From Caulobacterales bacterium (lineage in GTDB: Bacteria > Pseudomonadota > Alphaproteobacteria > Caulobacterales > Caulobacteraceae): a stretch of 59,082 nucleotides of DNA. A program made the translations under genes and the position numbers. Of the stretch, positions 1 to 8,800 are shown piece by piece. A model generated the notes under the pieces. That model saw only the letters and a list, made by a program, of their open reading frames with translations. It had not been told where the DNA came from and searched no databases. Location of the stretch: the NCBI GenBank assembly GCA_947475655.1, contig CANJOB010000001.1, positions 1 through 59,082 on the forward strand, in the 5' to 3' direction. Each line of letters begins with the position of its first letter. Within the stretch, counting starts at the first letter, position 1.

Positions 1-1763
1 ATGCCAACAGCCCGACCTTCGGCACGTCGTACGGCGCGCGCATCAACGCCCGTGTCGACTACCGCGACAGCGAGGAGTGGATGTCGACCAACACCTTCGG
101 GGGCGAGCACAACTGGAGCGGCTGGGACGTCTCCTGGCGCCTGAACCACACCTGGACCAGCGACGGCCGCAACGCGCCGGTCACACTGGCCTACCAGAGC
201 CCGAGCGCCTTCAACCTGCGCCCGACCGTCGAGTATGATTTCCGCAACGGCGACGCGAACACCGTGAAGCTGTTCGCCACCGGCGGGACGACCACCGCCC
301 GCACCCGTGGGGCCCAGATCACCAACATCGAGTCCTTCGCCTTCCCGTTGCAGACCGCCGGCCGCCTGGAAGGCGCCGACATCACCATGGCCAACACCGC
401 CAAGCTCGACGTCGACCGCCGCGGCGAGGTGTTCGGACTGCCGACCAAGTTCGAGTTCGGCGGCCTCTACACCGAGCGCACCAAGAAATCGCGCGAGACC
501 CGGTGGGAGCGCGCCTACAGCACCGGCACGATCCCGAACTACGCCGACATCGCCACCGACAATCCGGGCTATCTGGGCGACCAGGACCTCAACTACAGCT
601 TTCGCTACACCAACCAGGGCCTGACTACCGCCTTCGTCGCCGGCCTGACCGACAGCGGCCTGGCCCCCAAGGTGGATTCAAGCGGCAACTACTATAAAGT
701 CACCGAGGACCTGGGCGCTATCTATGCCATGGGCACCAGCGACTTCAGCTGGGGCAACCTCGTCTACGGCCTGCGCGTCGAGCGCATCAAAAACACCGGC
801 GAGGCCTTTGTCGCCTTCCCCGCGGCGGGCGCGACCCCGGCCGCGACGCGTCTGGTGCACACCGACAGCAACGAGACGCTGTTCTACCCCAGCCTGCACG
901 CGAACCTTAACGTCCGCGACAACGTCAAGCTGCGCCTCAGCGCCACCAGCACGGCCTCGCGTCCCGACTACGACGATCTGCGGCCAAACTTCACCATCAA
1001 CGACTCGACCCAGTCGATCAGCGGCGGCAATCCGGACGCCAAGCCGGAGAAACAGGTCGGCGTCGACGCTTACCTCGAGTGGTACATGACGCCCTCAGGC
1101 TTCCTCTCGGCTGGGGTGTTCTACAAGGATGTCAGCGACGTGCTGGTGCAGAAATCGGGCCTGTTCGGCCTCGATACCCTGGACCTGCCGGGCCGCGACC
1201 GGTCCAGCTACCTGTTTACCGGCGTCGGCAACGGCGGCGACGGCCACTTGCAAGGCGTCGAACTGTTCTACTCCGGCACCGTCGAGCAGTGGGTGCGCAA
1301 CGCCGGCATGCCGGCGTGGCTCGAGGGCTTCGGCGCCAACCTGTCGGCGACCTGGACGTCGTCGGAAGTAACCCTGCCGTCGGTGGGCGGTGTGCCGGAG
1401 CGCAAGATCAGCCTGCTCGGCACCTCGGACGCGGTCTACAACCTGCAGGCAACCTACGAGAAGTACGGCCTCAGCGTCCGCCTGGCCTACCAGTACCGCA
1501 CCCCTTGGGGCGAGTCGGTCGGCGCCTACCGCGTCATCGGCGGCGGGGTCTATCCGGTCGACGACGGCGACATCTTCTGGGACTCCGACGAAGAGATCGA
1601 CCTGTCGGTGCGCTATCAAGTCAACGACAATTGGGAGCTGTTCTTCGACGGCGTGAACCTGGGCGACATGGGCGCGCGCCGCTTCGGCGACCAGGACCGC
1701 TACCCGATCGAGTTCGAGAAATTCGGCCCGCGCTTCATCGCCGGCTTCCGCTTCAACTACTGA
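1..1763 (+). CDS. TonB-dependent receptor, C-terminal part (5' end outside window), phytase-associated
   Basis: Beta-barrel strands, RPDYDDL..GGNPDAKPE motif, C-terminal aromatic residue (FRFNY); directly upstream of phytase. Confidence 0.9.
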   Translation, partial: ANSPTFGTSYGARINARVDYRDSEEWMSTNTFGGEHNWSGWDVSWRLNHTWTSDGRNAPVTLAYQSPSAFNLRPTVEYDFRNGDANTVKLFATGGTTTARTRGAQITNIESFAFPLQTAGRLEGADITMANTAKLDVDRRGEVFGLPTKFEFGGLYTERTKKSRETRWERAYSTGTIPNYADIATDNPGYLGDQDLNYSFRYTNQGLTTAFVAGLTDSGLAPKVDSSGNYYKVTEDLGAIYAMGTSDFSWGNLVYGLRVERIKNTGEAFVAFPAAGATPAATRLVHTDSNETLFYPSLHANLNVRDNVKLRLSATSTASRPDYDDLRPNFTINDSTQSISGGNPDAKPEKQVGVDAYLEWYMTPSGFLSAGVFYKDVSDVLVQKSGLFGLDTLDLPGRDRSSYLFTGVGNGGDGHLQGVELFYSGTVEQWVRNAGMPAWLEGFGANLSATWTSSEVTLPSVGGVPERKISLLGTSDAVYNLQATYEKYGLSVRLAYQYRTPWGESVGAYRVIGGGVYPVDDGDIFWDSDEEIDLSVRYQVNDNWELFFDGVNLGDMGARRFGDQDRYPIEFEKFGPRFIAGFRFNY

Positions 1764-1783
1764 CACGAAACGCGCAGACGAAC

Positions 1784-2878
1784 ATGGTCTCTCACCCCTC
1801 GCTGCGCGCCGCGCTCCTCGCCGCCATCCTGGCGGCGGGGTGCGCTACTACCGATCCCGAAGCCCAGTCGGATTCCTCGGGCATGACTTCCGGGACCGGC
1901 ACGCCGGTCGCCGCCGCCGGCGAGACAGTCGCGGTCGGCACGGCCAACCGCGACGCCGCTGATGATCCGGAAATCTGGGTCGATCCGGCCGATTCCAGCC
2001 GCGCGCTGATCTTCGGTACCGACAAGCAGGCGGGACTCTACACCTACGGCCTGGACGGCGAAGTGGTGCAGTTCATCCCTGACGGCCGCCTGAACAACGT
2101 CGATCTGCGCGGCGGCTTTCCCACGCCGTCGGGCGAGCGGGTGCTGATCGCGGCCAGTGACCGCGGCCGTGGCGGCGCCGCCCTCTACCTGATGGACCCG
2201 GCGACCCTGCGCGTGACGCCGTGGAGCGTCGCGCCGCTGGACCTGACAGAACCCTACGGCCTTTGCATGGCGCGGCTGAAAGGCGCCTTCGTCATCGTCA
2301 TCCACAGCACAGACGGCCAAGTGCGCCAGATCGAGGTCGCCGCCGGCGCCGACGGCGCGCCTGTGGTGCGCGAACAGCGACGGTTCGGCCTCGCCACTCA
2401 GACAGAAGGCTGTGTCGCCGACGACGTCACGGGCCGGCTCTACATCGGCGAGGAGGGACGCGGCGTGTGGCGCTATCCGCTCGATCCCGCCTCCGGATCT
2501 CAGGGCGTCTTGATCGCGCCGCTGCAACCGGGCGTTCTGGTGGCCGATGTCGAGGGCCTCGCCCTCATGCGCGATGGCGCCAAGACCTGGCTCATCGCCT
2601 CCAGCCAGGGCGACAGCGCCTTCGCCCTCTGGCGGGTGGATGGCGACACACCGGCCTATTCGGGGCGCTTCTCGGTGATCGGCGGCGCGGCTGACCCCGT
2701 CACCGGCACGGACGGCGTCGCGGCCCTGGGCGGCGCGGTGGGGCGGTTCGGCGATGGCTTGGTGGTGATGCAGGACGACGAGGACACCGCGGGCGTCACG
2801 CCCACGCTCGGATCGGCGCGGCAGAATTTCAAACTGGTCGACTGGCGCGAGATCAAACGGGCGCTGGGGCTGGAGTAG
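1784..2878 (+). CDS. Beta-propeller 3-phytase, lipoprotein
   Basis: ATG at 1784 within the 1079..2878 frame; lipobox LAAGC; DAADDPEIW, GTDKQAGL, NNVDLR, YGLC, EGCVADD, DVEGL and SSQGD motifs. Confidence 0.9.
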   Translation: MVSHPSLRAALLAAILAAGCATTDPEAQSDSSGMTSGTGTPVAAAGETVAVGTANRDAADDPEIWVDPADSSRALIFGTDKQAGLYTYGLDGEVVQFIPDGRLNNVDLRGGFPTPSGERVLIAASDRGRGGAALYLMDPATLRVTPWSVAPLDLTEPYGLCMARLKGAFVIVIHSTDGQVRQIEVAAGADGAPVVREQRRFGLATQTEGCVADDVTGRLYIGEEGRGVWRYPLDPASGSQGVLIAPLQPGVLVADVEGLALMRDGAKTWLIASSQGDSAFALWRVDGDTPAYSGRFSVIGGAADPVTGTDGVAALGGAVGRFGDGLVVMQDDEDTAGVTPTLGSARQNFKLVDWREIKRALGLE

Positions 2879-4210
2879 TCAGCCCGGCAACCGCACGGTG
2901 GCCCGCAGGCCCCCCAGTGGCGAGCGGTCGAGGGTGACGTCGCCGCCCATGCCGCGGGCGACGTCGCGGGCGATGGCGAGGCCCAGGCCCACGCCCTTGT
3001 CGTTCTGGTTGCGCGCCTCGTCGAGCCGGTTGAAGGGGCGGAAGGCATCCTCGTACTGCTCGACCGGGATGCCGGGGCCGTCGTCGTCGACGACGATCTC
3101 GAAGCCGCCGGCGGTGCGCGGGCGGGCGATGACGGTGACGTGCTCGCCGTGGACGGCCGCGTTCATCACCAGGTTGGACAGGGCCCGCTTGAAGGCGTTG
3201 GGCCGCACCTGGGCGATCAGGGCCGGGTCGGCCTCGATGGAGACCAGGGCCCCGGCGCGAGCCGCCCCCTCGCTGACCTCCTCGATCAGGGTGCGCAGGC
3301 CGATGGCCTCGACCGCCTCGCCGCCCTCGCCGCGGGCGAAGGCGAGGTATTCGTCGATCATGTGCTCCATCTCGGCCAGGTCGCGCTTCATGGCCTCGAC
3401 GCGGCCGTCCGGCTTGGCCAGGGCCAGTTCGAGCTTCAGGCGGGTCAGGGGTGTTCTTAAGTCATGACTTACAGAAGCGAGCAGGGTGGTGCGCTGGTCG
3501 ATGTGGCGCTGGATGCGCGCCTTCATCGACAGGAAGGCCTGGGCCGCCTGGCGCACCTCGCGCGCGCCATAGGGCTTGAAGCTGGGGACCTCCCCGCCGC
3601 GGCCGAAGGCGTCGGCGGCGTCGGCCAGGCGCTCGATGGCCCGCACCTGGTTGCGGATGAAGGCGATCGCCACCCCGGTCAACAGCAGGGTGGCCACCAC
3701 CATCCACAGGATGAAGATGTGGCCCTGGGTGGCGAAGGCGCGGTCGCGCGGGGCGATCACCCGCAGCACGCCCTGAGGGGTCAGGACACGGATGTCGACA
3801 AAGGCCGGATAGCGGGTGGTGTCGAACCAGAACGGCGCGTCCAACCGCTCCGACAGGGCCGTCTGCAGGGCGCGGTCGAGCGAGGCGAACAGGGATGGCC
3901 GCCGCCCGGTCGGCAGGACGCGGCCCGGCTGCAGCACGATCGATAGCGACAGGGATTGCTCCGCCCGTTTGGCCAGGACGGCGAAGCCATCAGGAGATGG
4001 GTCGTCGGCCAGGCCCTCGACGGCCCAGGCCACCTCGCCGGCCAGCCCTTCCGACAGGCGGCTGTTCACCGTGGTCCAGTGGGCGTCGAAGAACACCCAG
4101 GTCACGGCGATCTGCATGATCGCCACCGGCAGGACGATGATCAGCAGGCTGCGGCCGAACAGGGTGGTCGGCAGCAGGCGTTTCAGGCCGCGGGAGGCGT
4201 TGAGTTTCAT
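2879..4210 (-). CDS. EnvZ-like sensor histidine kinase
   Basis: Two TM segments, HAMP domain, H-box SHDLRTPL, DDDGPG and GLGL boxes. Confidence 0.93.
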   Translation of the reverse strand: MKLNASRGLKRLLPTTLFGRSLLIIVLPVAIMQIAVTWVFFDAHWTTVNSRLSEGLAGEVAWAVEGLADDPSPDGFAVLAKRAEQSLSLSIVLQPGRVLPTGRRPSLFASLDRALQTALSERLDAPFWFDTTRYPAFVDIRVLTPQGVLRVIAPRDRAFATQGHIFILWMVVATLLLTGVAIAFIRNQVRAIERLADAADAFGRGGEVPSFKPYGAREVRQAAQAFLSMKARIQRHIDQRTTLLASVSHDLRTPLTRLKLELALAKPDGRVEAMKRDLAEMEHMIDEYLAFARGEGGEAVEAIGLRTLIEEVSEGAARAGALVSIEADPALIAQVRPNAFKRALSNLVMNAAVHGEHVTVIARPRTAGGFEIVVDDDGPGIPVEQYEDAFRPFNRLDEARNQNDKGVGLGLAIARDVARGMGGDVTLDRSPLGGLRATVRLPG

Positions 4211-4920
4211 AGATCGGGCGCCAGGCGGTAGCCGACGCCGCGCACTGTCTGCAGGTAGCGCGGGTTTTTCGGGTCGGGCTCGATCTTGCGGCGCAGGCGG
4301 GTGACCTGCACGTCCACCGCGCGGCCCGTGGCGTCGGCGCTCTCGCGGGCCAGGTCGAGGCGGTCGACGGCGGCGTGGGCGGAGGCGGCCAGCTGGCGCA
4401 GCAGCGAGACCTCGGCCTCGGTCAGACGCACCACCTGGCCCTCGCGGGTCAGTTCGCCCCGGTCGGGATCGAAGGCGCAGGCGCCCATGGCCAGGCGCTT
4501 GCCGCTGCTTGGCCGACCGCCGGCGCGGCGCAGGATGCTCTCGATCCGCAGCAGCAGCTCCTGCGGCTCGAACGGCTTTGGCAGGTAGTCGTCGGCGCCG
4601 GCGGCGAGGCCGGCGATGCGGTCGGTGGCCTCGCCGCGCGCGGTCAGCATCAGCACCGGGGTGCGGCCCGCGTCGCCGGAGCGGTCGCGTAGGGTGCGGG
4701 TAAAGCTGACCCCGTCCTCGCCGGGCATCATCACGTCCAGGACCACCAGGTCGAAGTCGAGCAACTCCATCAACCGGCGCGCCCGCGCCGCGTCAGCGGC
4801 GGCGGTGACGCGGAATCCGGCGCGGGCCAGGTATTCCTTCAGCAAGTCGCGGATGCGGTCGTCGTCGTCGACCACCAGCAGGTGCCGGGTCTCGCGGGCC
4901 GGGAAGTGCGCCTCGCTCAT
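4207..4920 (-). CDS. OmpR-family response regulator
   Basis: VVDDD, LDVMMPG and KPF receiver motifs; winged helix YLQTVRGVGY; 4-nt overlap with the kinase. Confidence 0.95.
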   Translation of the reverse strand: MSEAHFPARETRHLLVVDDDDRIRDLLKEYLARAGFRVTAAADAARARRLMELLDFDLVVLDVMMPGEDGVSFTRTLRDRSGDAGRTPVLMLTARGEATDRIAGLAAGADDYLPKPFEPQELLLRIESILRRAGGRPSSGKRLAMGACAFDPDRGELTREGQVVRLTEAEVSLLRQLAASAHAAVDRLDLARESADATGRAVDVQVTRLRRKIEPDPKNPRYLQTVRGVGYRLAPDL

Positions 4921-5408
4921 AGGGTCTCCCGTCGAGGCAAGCCGACGTGCATGCGCGGGCCGGCCAGGGCGTTCAGAATTCGCTTGGCAGCGGGCACCCC
5001 GTCAAGCCCGCCCTCGCGCCAGGCCTTGGCTACCAGGGCGCGGACGCGCTCGCTGACGCGCGCCTCGAAGGCGCGGCCGTCGGCGGTGAGGACGACGATG
5101 CGGCGGCGGGCGTCGAATTCGGCCCCGGTCTTTTCCGCCAGGCCCAGCTTTTCGAGATCGCTTAAGGTGCGGCTGGCCGCCTGTTTGGTCAGGCCCGTGA
5201 GCTTGGCCAGCTCTTGAACACCCACTCCGGGGCGGCGTCGCAGCAGCAGGGCGGCGCGCCAGTGCGACCGGCCCAGGCCCCGCGCCTCGACTTCCAGGGC
5301 GGCGTCGGCGGCGCCCCAGACCGCGGCCTCGGCCAGCAGCAGCATCTCCAGGCCGGAATCGAGTTCCTCCTCGCGGAGGATAAGCCGGGGATCGGCGACC
5401 ATGCTCAT
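4917..5408 (-). CDS. MarR-family transcriptional regulator
   Basis: Winged HTH (VQELAKLTGLTKQAASRTLSDLEKLGL..DARRR); start MSMVADPRL chosen at 5408. Confidence 0.85.
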   Translation of the reverse strand: MSMVADPRLILREEELDSGLEMLLLAEAAVWGAADAALEVEARGLGRSHWRAALLLRRRPGVGVQELAKLTGLTKQAASRTLSDLEKLGLAEKTGAEFDARRRIVVLTADGRAFEARVSERVRALVAKAWREGGLDGVPAAKRILNALAGPRMHVGLPRRETL

Positions 5409-5598
5409 GGGCGGACTATGGCCCAAACATGCGTTTTTGCCCGCCCTTTTGTTGACGACGCGGCCCGGCGGGGGTCTAAACGCCCTCCCGAGCCCCTCAA
5501 AGGGCTCGGGAATTTTAAGCAGAAGCGTGATGGGCGCCGAAACCGGTGACCACTTTCGGCCATCACGCTTCGACACGCACGGAAGGAGGCGTGGTTCA

Positions 5599-6486
5599 AT
5601 GACGATGTTGCCCTTTGACGACCGCGACGGCTGGATCTGGATGGACGGCCAGATCATCCCCTGGCGGGACGCGAAGGTGCACGTATTGACCCACGGCCTG
5701 CACTACGCCTCCTCGGTGTTCGAGGGCGAGCGGATGTACGGCGGCGAAATCTACAAGCTGAACGAACATACCGAGCGTCTGTTCGCCTCGGCGCGGGTGC
5801 TCGATTTCGAGATCCCGTACACGGTCGAGCAGATCAACCAGGCCTGCCGCGACGTCTGCGCCAAGAACGGCTTCACCGACGCCTATGTCCGGCCGATCGC
5901 CTGGCGCGGCAGCGAGATGATGGCGGTCTCGGCCCAGACGACCACCATCCACGTGGCGATCGCCTCGTGGGACTGGCCCAGCTATTTTGATCCCGCGGCC
6001 AAGGCCAAGGGCATCCGTCTGGCCTGGGCCAAGTACAAGCGGCCTTCGCCCGAGACCGAACCGGTGCATTCCAAGGCGTCGGGCCTCTACATGATCTGCA
6101 CCATCAGCAAGCACGCCGCCGAGCGTGACGGCTACGCCGATGCCATGTTCCTCGACTGGCGCGGCTATGTGGCCGAGGCGACCGGCGCCAACGTGATGTT
6201 CGTGAAGGACGGCGTGATCCACACCCCGATCCCGGACTGCTTCCTGGACGGCATCACCCGCCGCTCCGTCATCGCCCTGGCGAGGGCGGCCGGCATCGAG
6301 GTGATCGAGCGGCACATCGAGAAGGACGAGCTTCCGACCTTCAGCGAGTGCTTCCTCTGCGGCAGCGCCGCCGAGGTGACGCCGGTGTCGGAGATCGGCG
6401 AATTCCGGTTCACCCCTGGCGCGATCTCGCTGAGCCTGATGGACAAGTACGCCAGGATGGTCCGCCGCGAACTGCAGCCGGCCTAG
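5599..6486 (+). CDS. ilvE: Branched-chain amino acid aminotransferase
   Basis: HGLHYASSVFEG, EATGAN and LDGITR motifs; RBS GGAGG before ATG 5599. Confidence 0.93.
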   Translation: MTMLPFDDRDGWIWMDGQIIPWRDAKVHVLTHGLHYASSVFEGERMYGGEIYKLNEHTERLFASARVLDFEIPYTVEQINQACRDVCAKNGFTDAYVRPIAWRGSEMMAVSAQTTTIHVAIASWDWPSYFDPAAKAKGIRLAWAKYKRPSPETEPVHSKASGLYMICTISKHAAERDGYADAMFLDWRGYVAEATGANVMFVKDGVIHTPIPDCFLDGITRRSVIALARAAGIEVIERHIEKDELPTFSECFLCGSAAEVTPVSEIGEFRFTPGAISLSLMDKYARMVRRELQPA

Positions 6487-6509
6487 GCCTCAGGGCTTCA
6501 CGAAAACCG

Positions 6510-6540
6510 GGGCGGACAGGGCGACCTGTCCGCCCTTTTT
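6510..6540. terminator. Intrinsic terminator between convergent genes
   Basis: GGGCGGACAGG-GCGA-CCTGTCCGCCC followed by a T run. Confidence 0.85.
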
Positions 6541-6545
6541 CTTGT

Positions 6546-6962
6546 CTAGATGAGCCAGGTGCGCGGGCGCGGATAGGCCTCGCCGCGGGCCAGGTAGATC
6601 AGGCCGATACAGCAGCGGACCAGGTACCATATGCCCACCGCGCCGCAGATGAACCAGCCCAGCCACAGGAACGGCAGGCCGATCAGCACCAGCGACAGGG
6701 GCGCGCCGAACAGGATCATGCCGCCGCCGATGATGAACCAGGCGATGGCCAGCCAGAAGGTGCGGATCAGGAAGCGGTAGTGGCTGAACGCCTTGGGTCC
6801 GGCGTCGGCCAGGTTGGCGTAGGCGACGATCAGGCCGATGACCATGGTCACGCCGCCGGTCACGGCGCCCAGCAGATAGAGGCCGTAGGCGACGGTGGGC
6901 ATCAGGCGCTCCTCGCTCAGGGCTTGGCGCGGATCATCGGCGGCGGGGTGGACGTCGGCCAT
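6546..6962 (-). CDS. DUF4870-like membrane protein
   Basis: YGLYLLG..IGLIVAY..SHYRFLIRTFW pattern with three TM segments. Confidence 0.75.
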   Translation of the reverse strand: MADVHPAADDPRQALSEERLMPTVAYGLYLLGAVTGGVTMVIGLIVAYANLADAGPKAFSHYRFLIRTFWLAIAWFIIGGGMILFGAPLSLVLIGLPFLWLGWFICGAVGIWYLVRCCIGLIYLARGEAYPRPRTWLI

Positions 6963-7043
6963 GGGCGTCTCCAGGGGAAGGTCGTCATCGAAATGTGGGC
7001 GCGGCGATGGTTAAACGCAAATCGCCGCGTTTTGGGGCCGGCT

Positions 7044-7601
7044 TCAGTGCGGCAGGATCGAGGACGGAATGGCCAATGGGTCGAACCCCAGTTCCGGCGC
7101 GCTCAGCCACGGGAGGATGGCGGCCAGCACCAGGGCGGCGAAGGCCAGCCAGGCAGCGAGCGACAGGCCCAGGCCGCCGGTGACGCTGCCGAACGCGGTC
7201 AGCACCATGCCGCCGGCCCCGGCCCCGAGCAGGGCGATGGCCCAGATCAGCGGCGAACGGTGGTCGGCTCCGCCGGCCATGACGAAGCGCGCGGCGGGGG
7301 CGGCGGCGCGGCCCTCAGCGGCCAGGGCGCGGGCGAAGGCGGAAAACTCGGCCAGGCGCGGCTCGATCCCGCGCGGGCCGAAGCTGGCGGCGGGGATGGC
7401 GAGGCGCCGCTGCCCGAAATGCAGGATCAGCGAGGGGTGCGGCCGCCGGGGCAGGGCGGGGACCAGGATGAAGCAGGTCAGGCCGCCCAAGGGATGGAGG
7501 GCGCTTGTCTTGCCGCGCGCCTCAGTGGTCAGGGCCGCGCCCTCGAGGGTCCAGCGGGTCTCGCCGCCGAGCGGCGACAGCCGGGCGGCGTAATCGGTCA
7601 C
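7044..7601 (-). CDS. Hypothetical membrane protein
   Basis: ORF overlapping the folB stop; two C-terminal TM helices. Confidence 0.6.
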   Translation of the reverse strand: MTDYAARLSPLGGETRWTLEGAALTTEARGKTSALHPLGGLTCFILVPALPRRPHPSLILHFGQRRLAIPAASFGPRGIEPRLAEFSAFARALAAEGRAAAPAARFVMAGGADHRSPLIWAIALLGAGAGGMVLTAFGSVTGGLGLSLAAWLAFAALVLAAILPWLSAPELGFDPLAIPSSILPH

Positions 7602-8005
7602 CGCCCCTCGCGGCCCAGGACGATCTCCACCCCGGCGGCCTGGGCGTCCGGCGCCAGGGCCATGGGTTTTTCGACCCGCACCCTCACCTTTGAGACGCGC
7701 TCGTCGGTCAGCAAAGCGGCGCCTAGGCGCCGAGCGAAGGTCTCGACCAGGCCGATGTGGCCGGCGTCGGCGATCTCGCGCGCGGTCCTGGCGATTGTCT
7801 CGTAGTTGAAGGTCTGCGACAGGCGCTCGGGGTCGCTCATCGCCACGTCCAGTTCGGCGTCGATCACCAGCGGCTGGCCGCGCCCCAGCTCGTGCTCATA
7901 GACGCCGATCTGCGCCTGCACGGTCAGGCCGCGCACGAACACCTTGGCGCTGAGCACCAGAGGCGGAGCATTGGCGGCGGGCTTGGGCAGGGGCTGCGAG
8001 GTCAC
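7598..8005 (-). CDS. folB: Dihydroneopterin aldolase
   Basis: IGVYEHE..Q.LVID, NYE, LVETFA and VEKP motifs. Confidence 0.9.
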   Translation of the reverse strand: MTSQPLPKPAANAPPLVLSAKVFVRGLTVQAQIGVYEHELGRGQPLVIDAELDVAMSDPERLSQTFNYETIARTAREIADAGHIGLVETFARRLGAALLTDERVSKVRVRVEKPMALAPDAQAAGVEIVLGREGR

Positions 8006-8751
8006 GGGCTGTTCCAGGTCAGGTGCTGGCCGCTGTCGACCGCGATCATCTGGCCAGTCACGGATCGTGCGTCAATCAGATAGGCCAGGGCGGCGCCGAT
8101 CTCCTCCGGCGGCACCGCATGCCGCAGCAGGGAGCTGGCGGCCTCAGCGGCGAAATCGGCTGGAGTCTGGTGGATCGACGGCAGGGTCGGCCCCGGGCCG
8201 ATGGCGTTGACACGGATGCGGGGAGCCAGACTTTGCGCCAGGGTGCGGGTCGCCCACCAAAGTCCCGACTTACTTAAAGCATAACTAAAAAAAAAGGGGT
8301 CGGGCCGCAGCACGCGCTGGTCGATGATGTTGACGATCAGGCCGTCCCGCCCCTCCGGGAGAGCTTTCGCGAAAGCCAGCGCCAGCAGCACCGGGGCGCG
8401 CAGGTTGACCGCCTGGTGCGCGTCGTAGAGCGCGGCATCCAGCGATCCGACCGCGTCCTCGCGGAACAGCGAGGCGCTGTTGACCAGCAGGGTCACCGGG
8501 CCGAGGTCCGCCGTGGCCCGGTCCAGCAGCGGGCTCAGCGTCTCCGGATCGGCCAGGTCGGCGGCATAGGCCCGCGCCTTGCGCCCCAGGGCCTCGATCT
8601 CGGCGGCGACGCCCTGGGCGTCCTGGTCGGACTGGTGGTGATGGATGGCGACGTCGTAGCCGGCCTTGGCGGCGGCCAGGGCCAGCACGCGGCCGATGCG
8701 CTTGCCGCCCCCCGTGACCAGCGCCGCGCCACGTCCCGGCGTTAAAGACAT
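8002..8751 (-). CDS. SDR oxidoreductase, pteridine-reductase/FolM-like
   Basis: TGGGKRIG, LVNSASLF and YALSK motifs; coupled to folB. Confidence 0.85.
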   Translation of the reverse strand: MSLTPGRGAALVTGGGKRIGRVLALAAAKAGYDVAIHHHQSDQDAQGVAAEIEALGRKARAYAADLADPETLSPLLDRATADLGPVTLLVNSASLFREDAVGSLDAALYDAHQAVNLRAPVLLALAFAKALPEGRDGLIVNIIDQRVLRPDPFFFSYALSKSGLWWATRTLAQSLAPRIRVNAIGPGPTLPSIHQTPADFAAEAASSLLRHAVPPEEIGAALAYLIDARSVTGQMIAVDSGQHLTWNSP

Positions 8752-8800
8752 TTCAAATCCTCGAGACAACTATAAGTAGTATAGAGGAGGCCGTCGCCAT

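Noticed and set aside
1079-1783. N-terminal extension of the phytase overlapping the TonB receptor
   Set aside because: Arg-rich off-frame sequence; a proper lipoprotein signal starts at 1784
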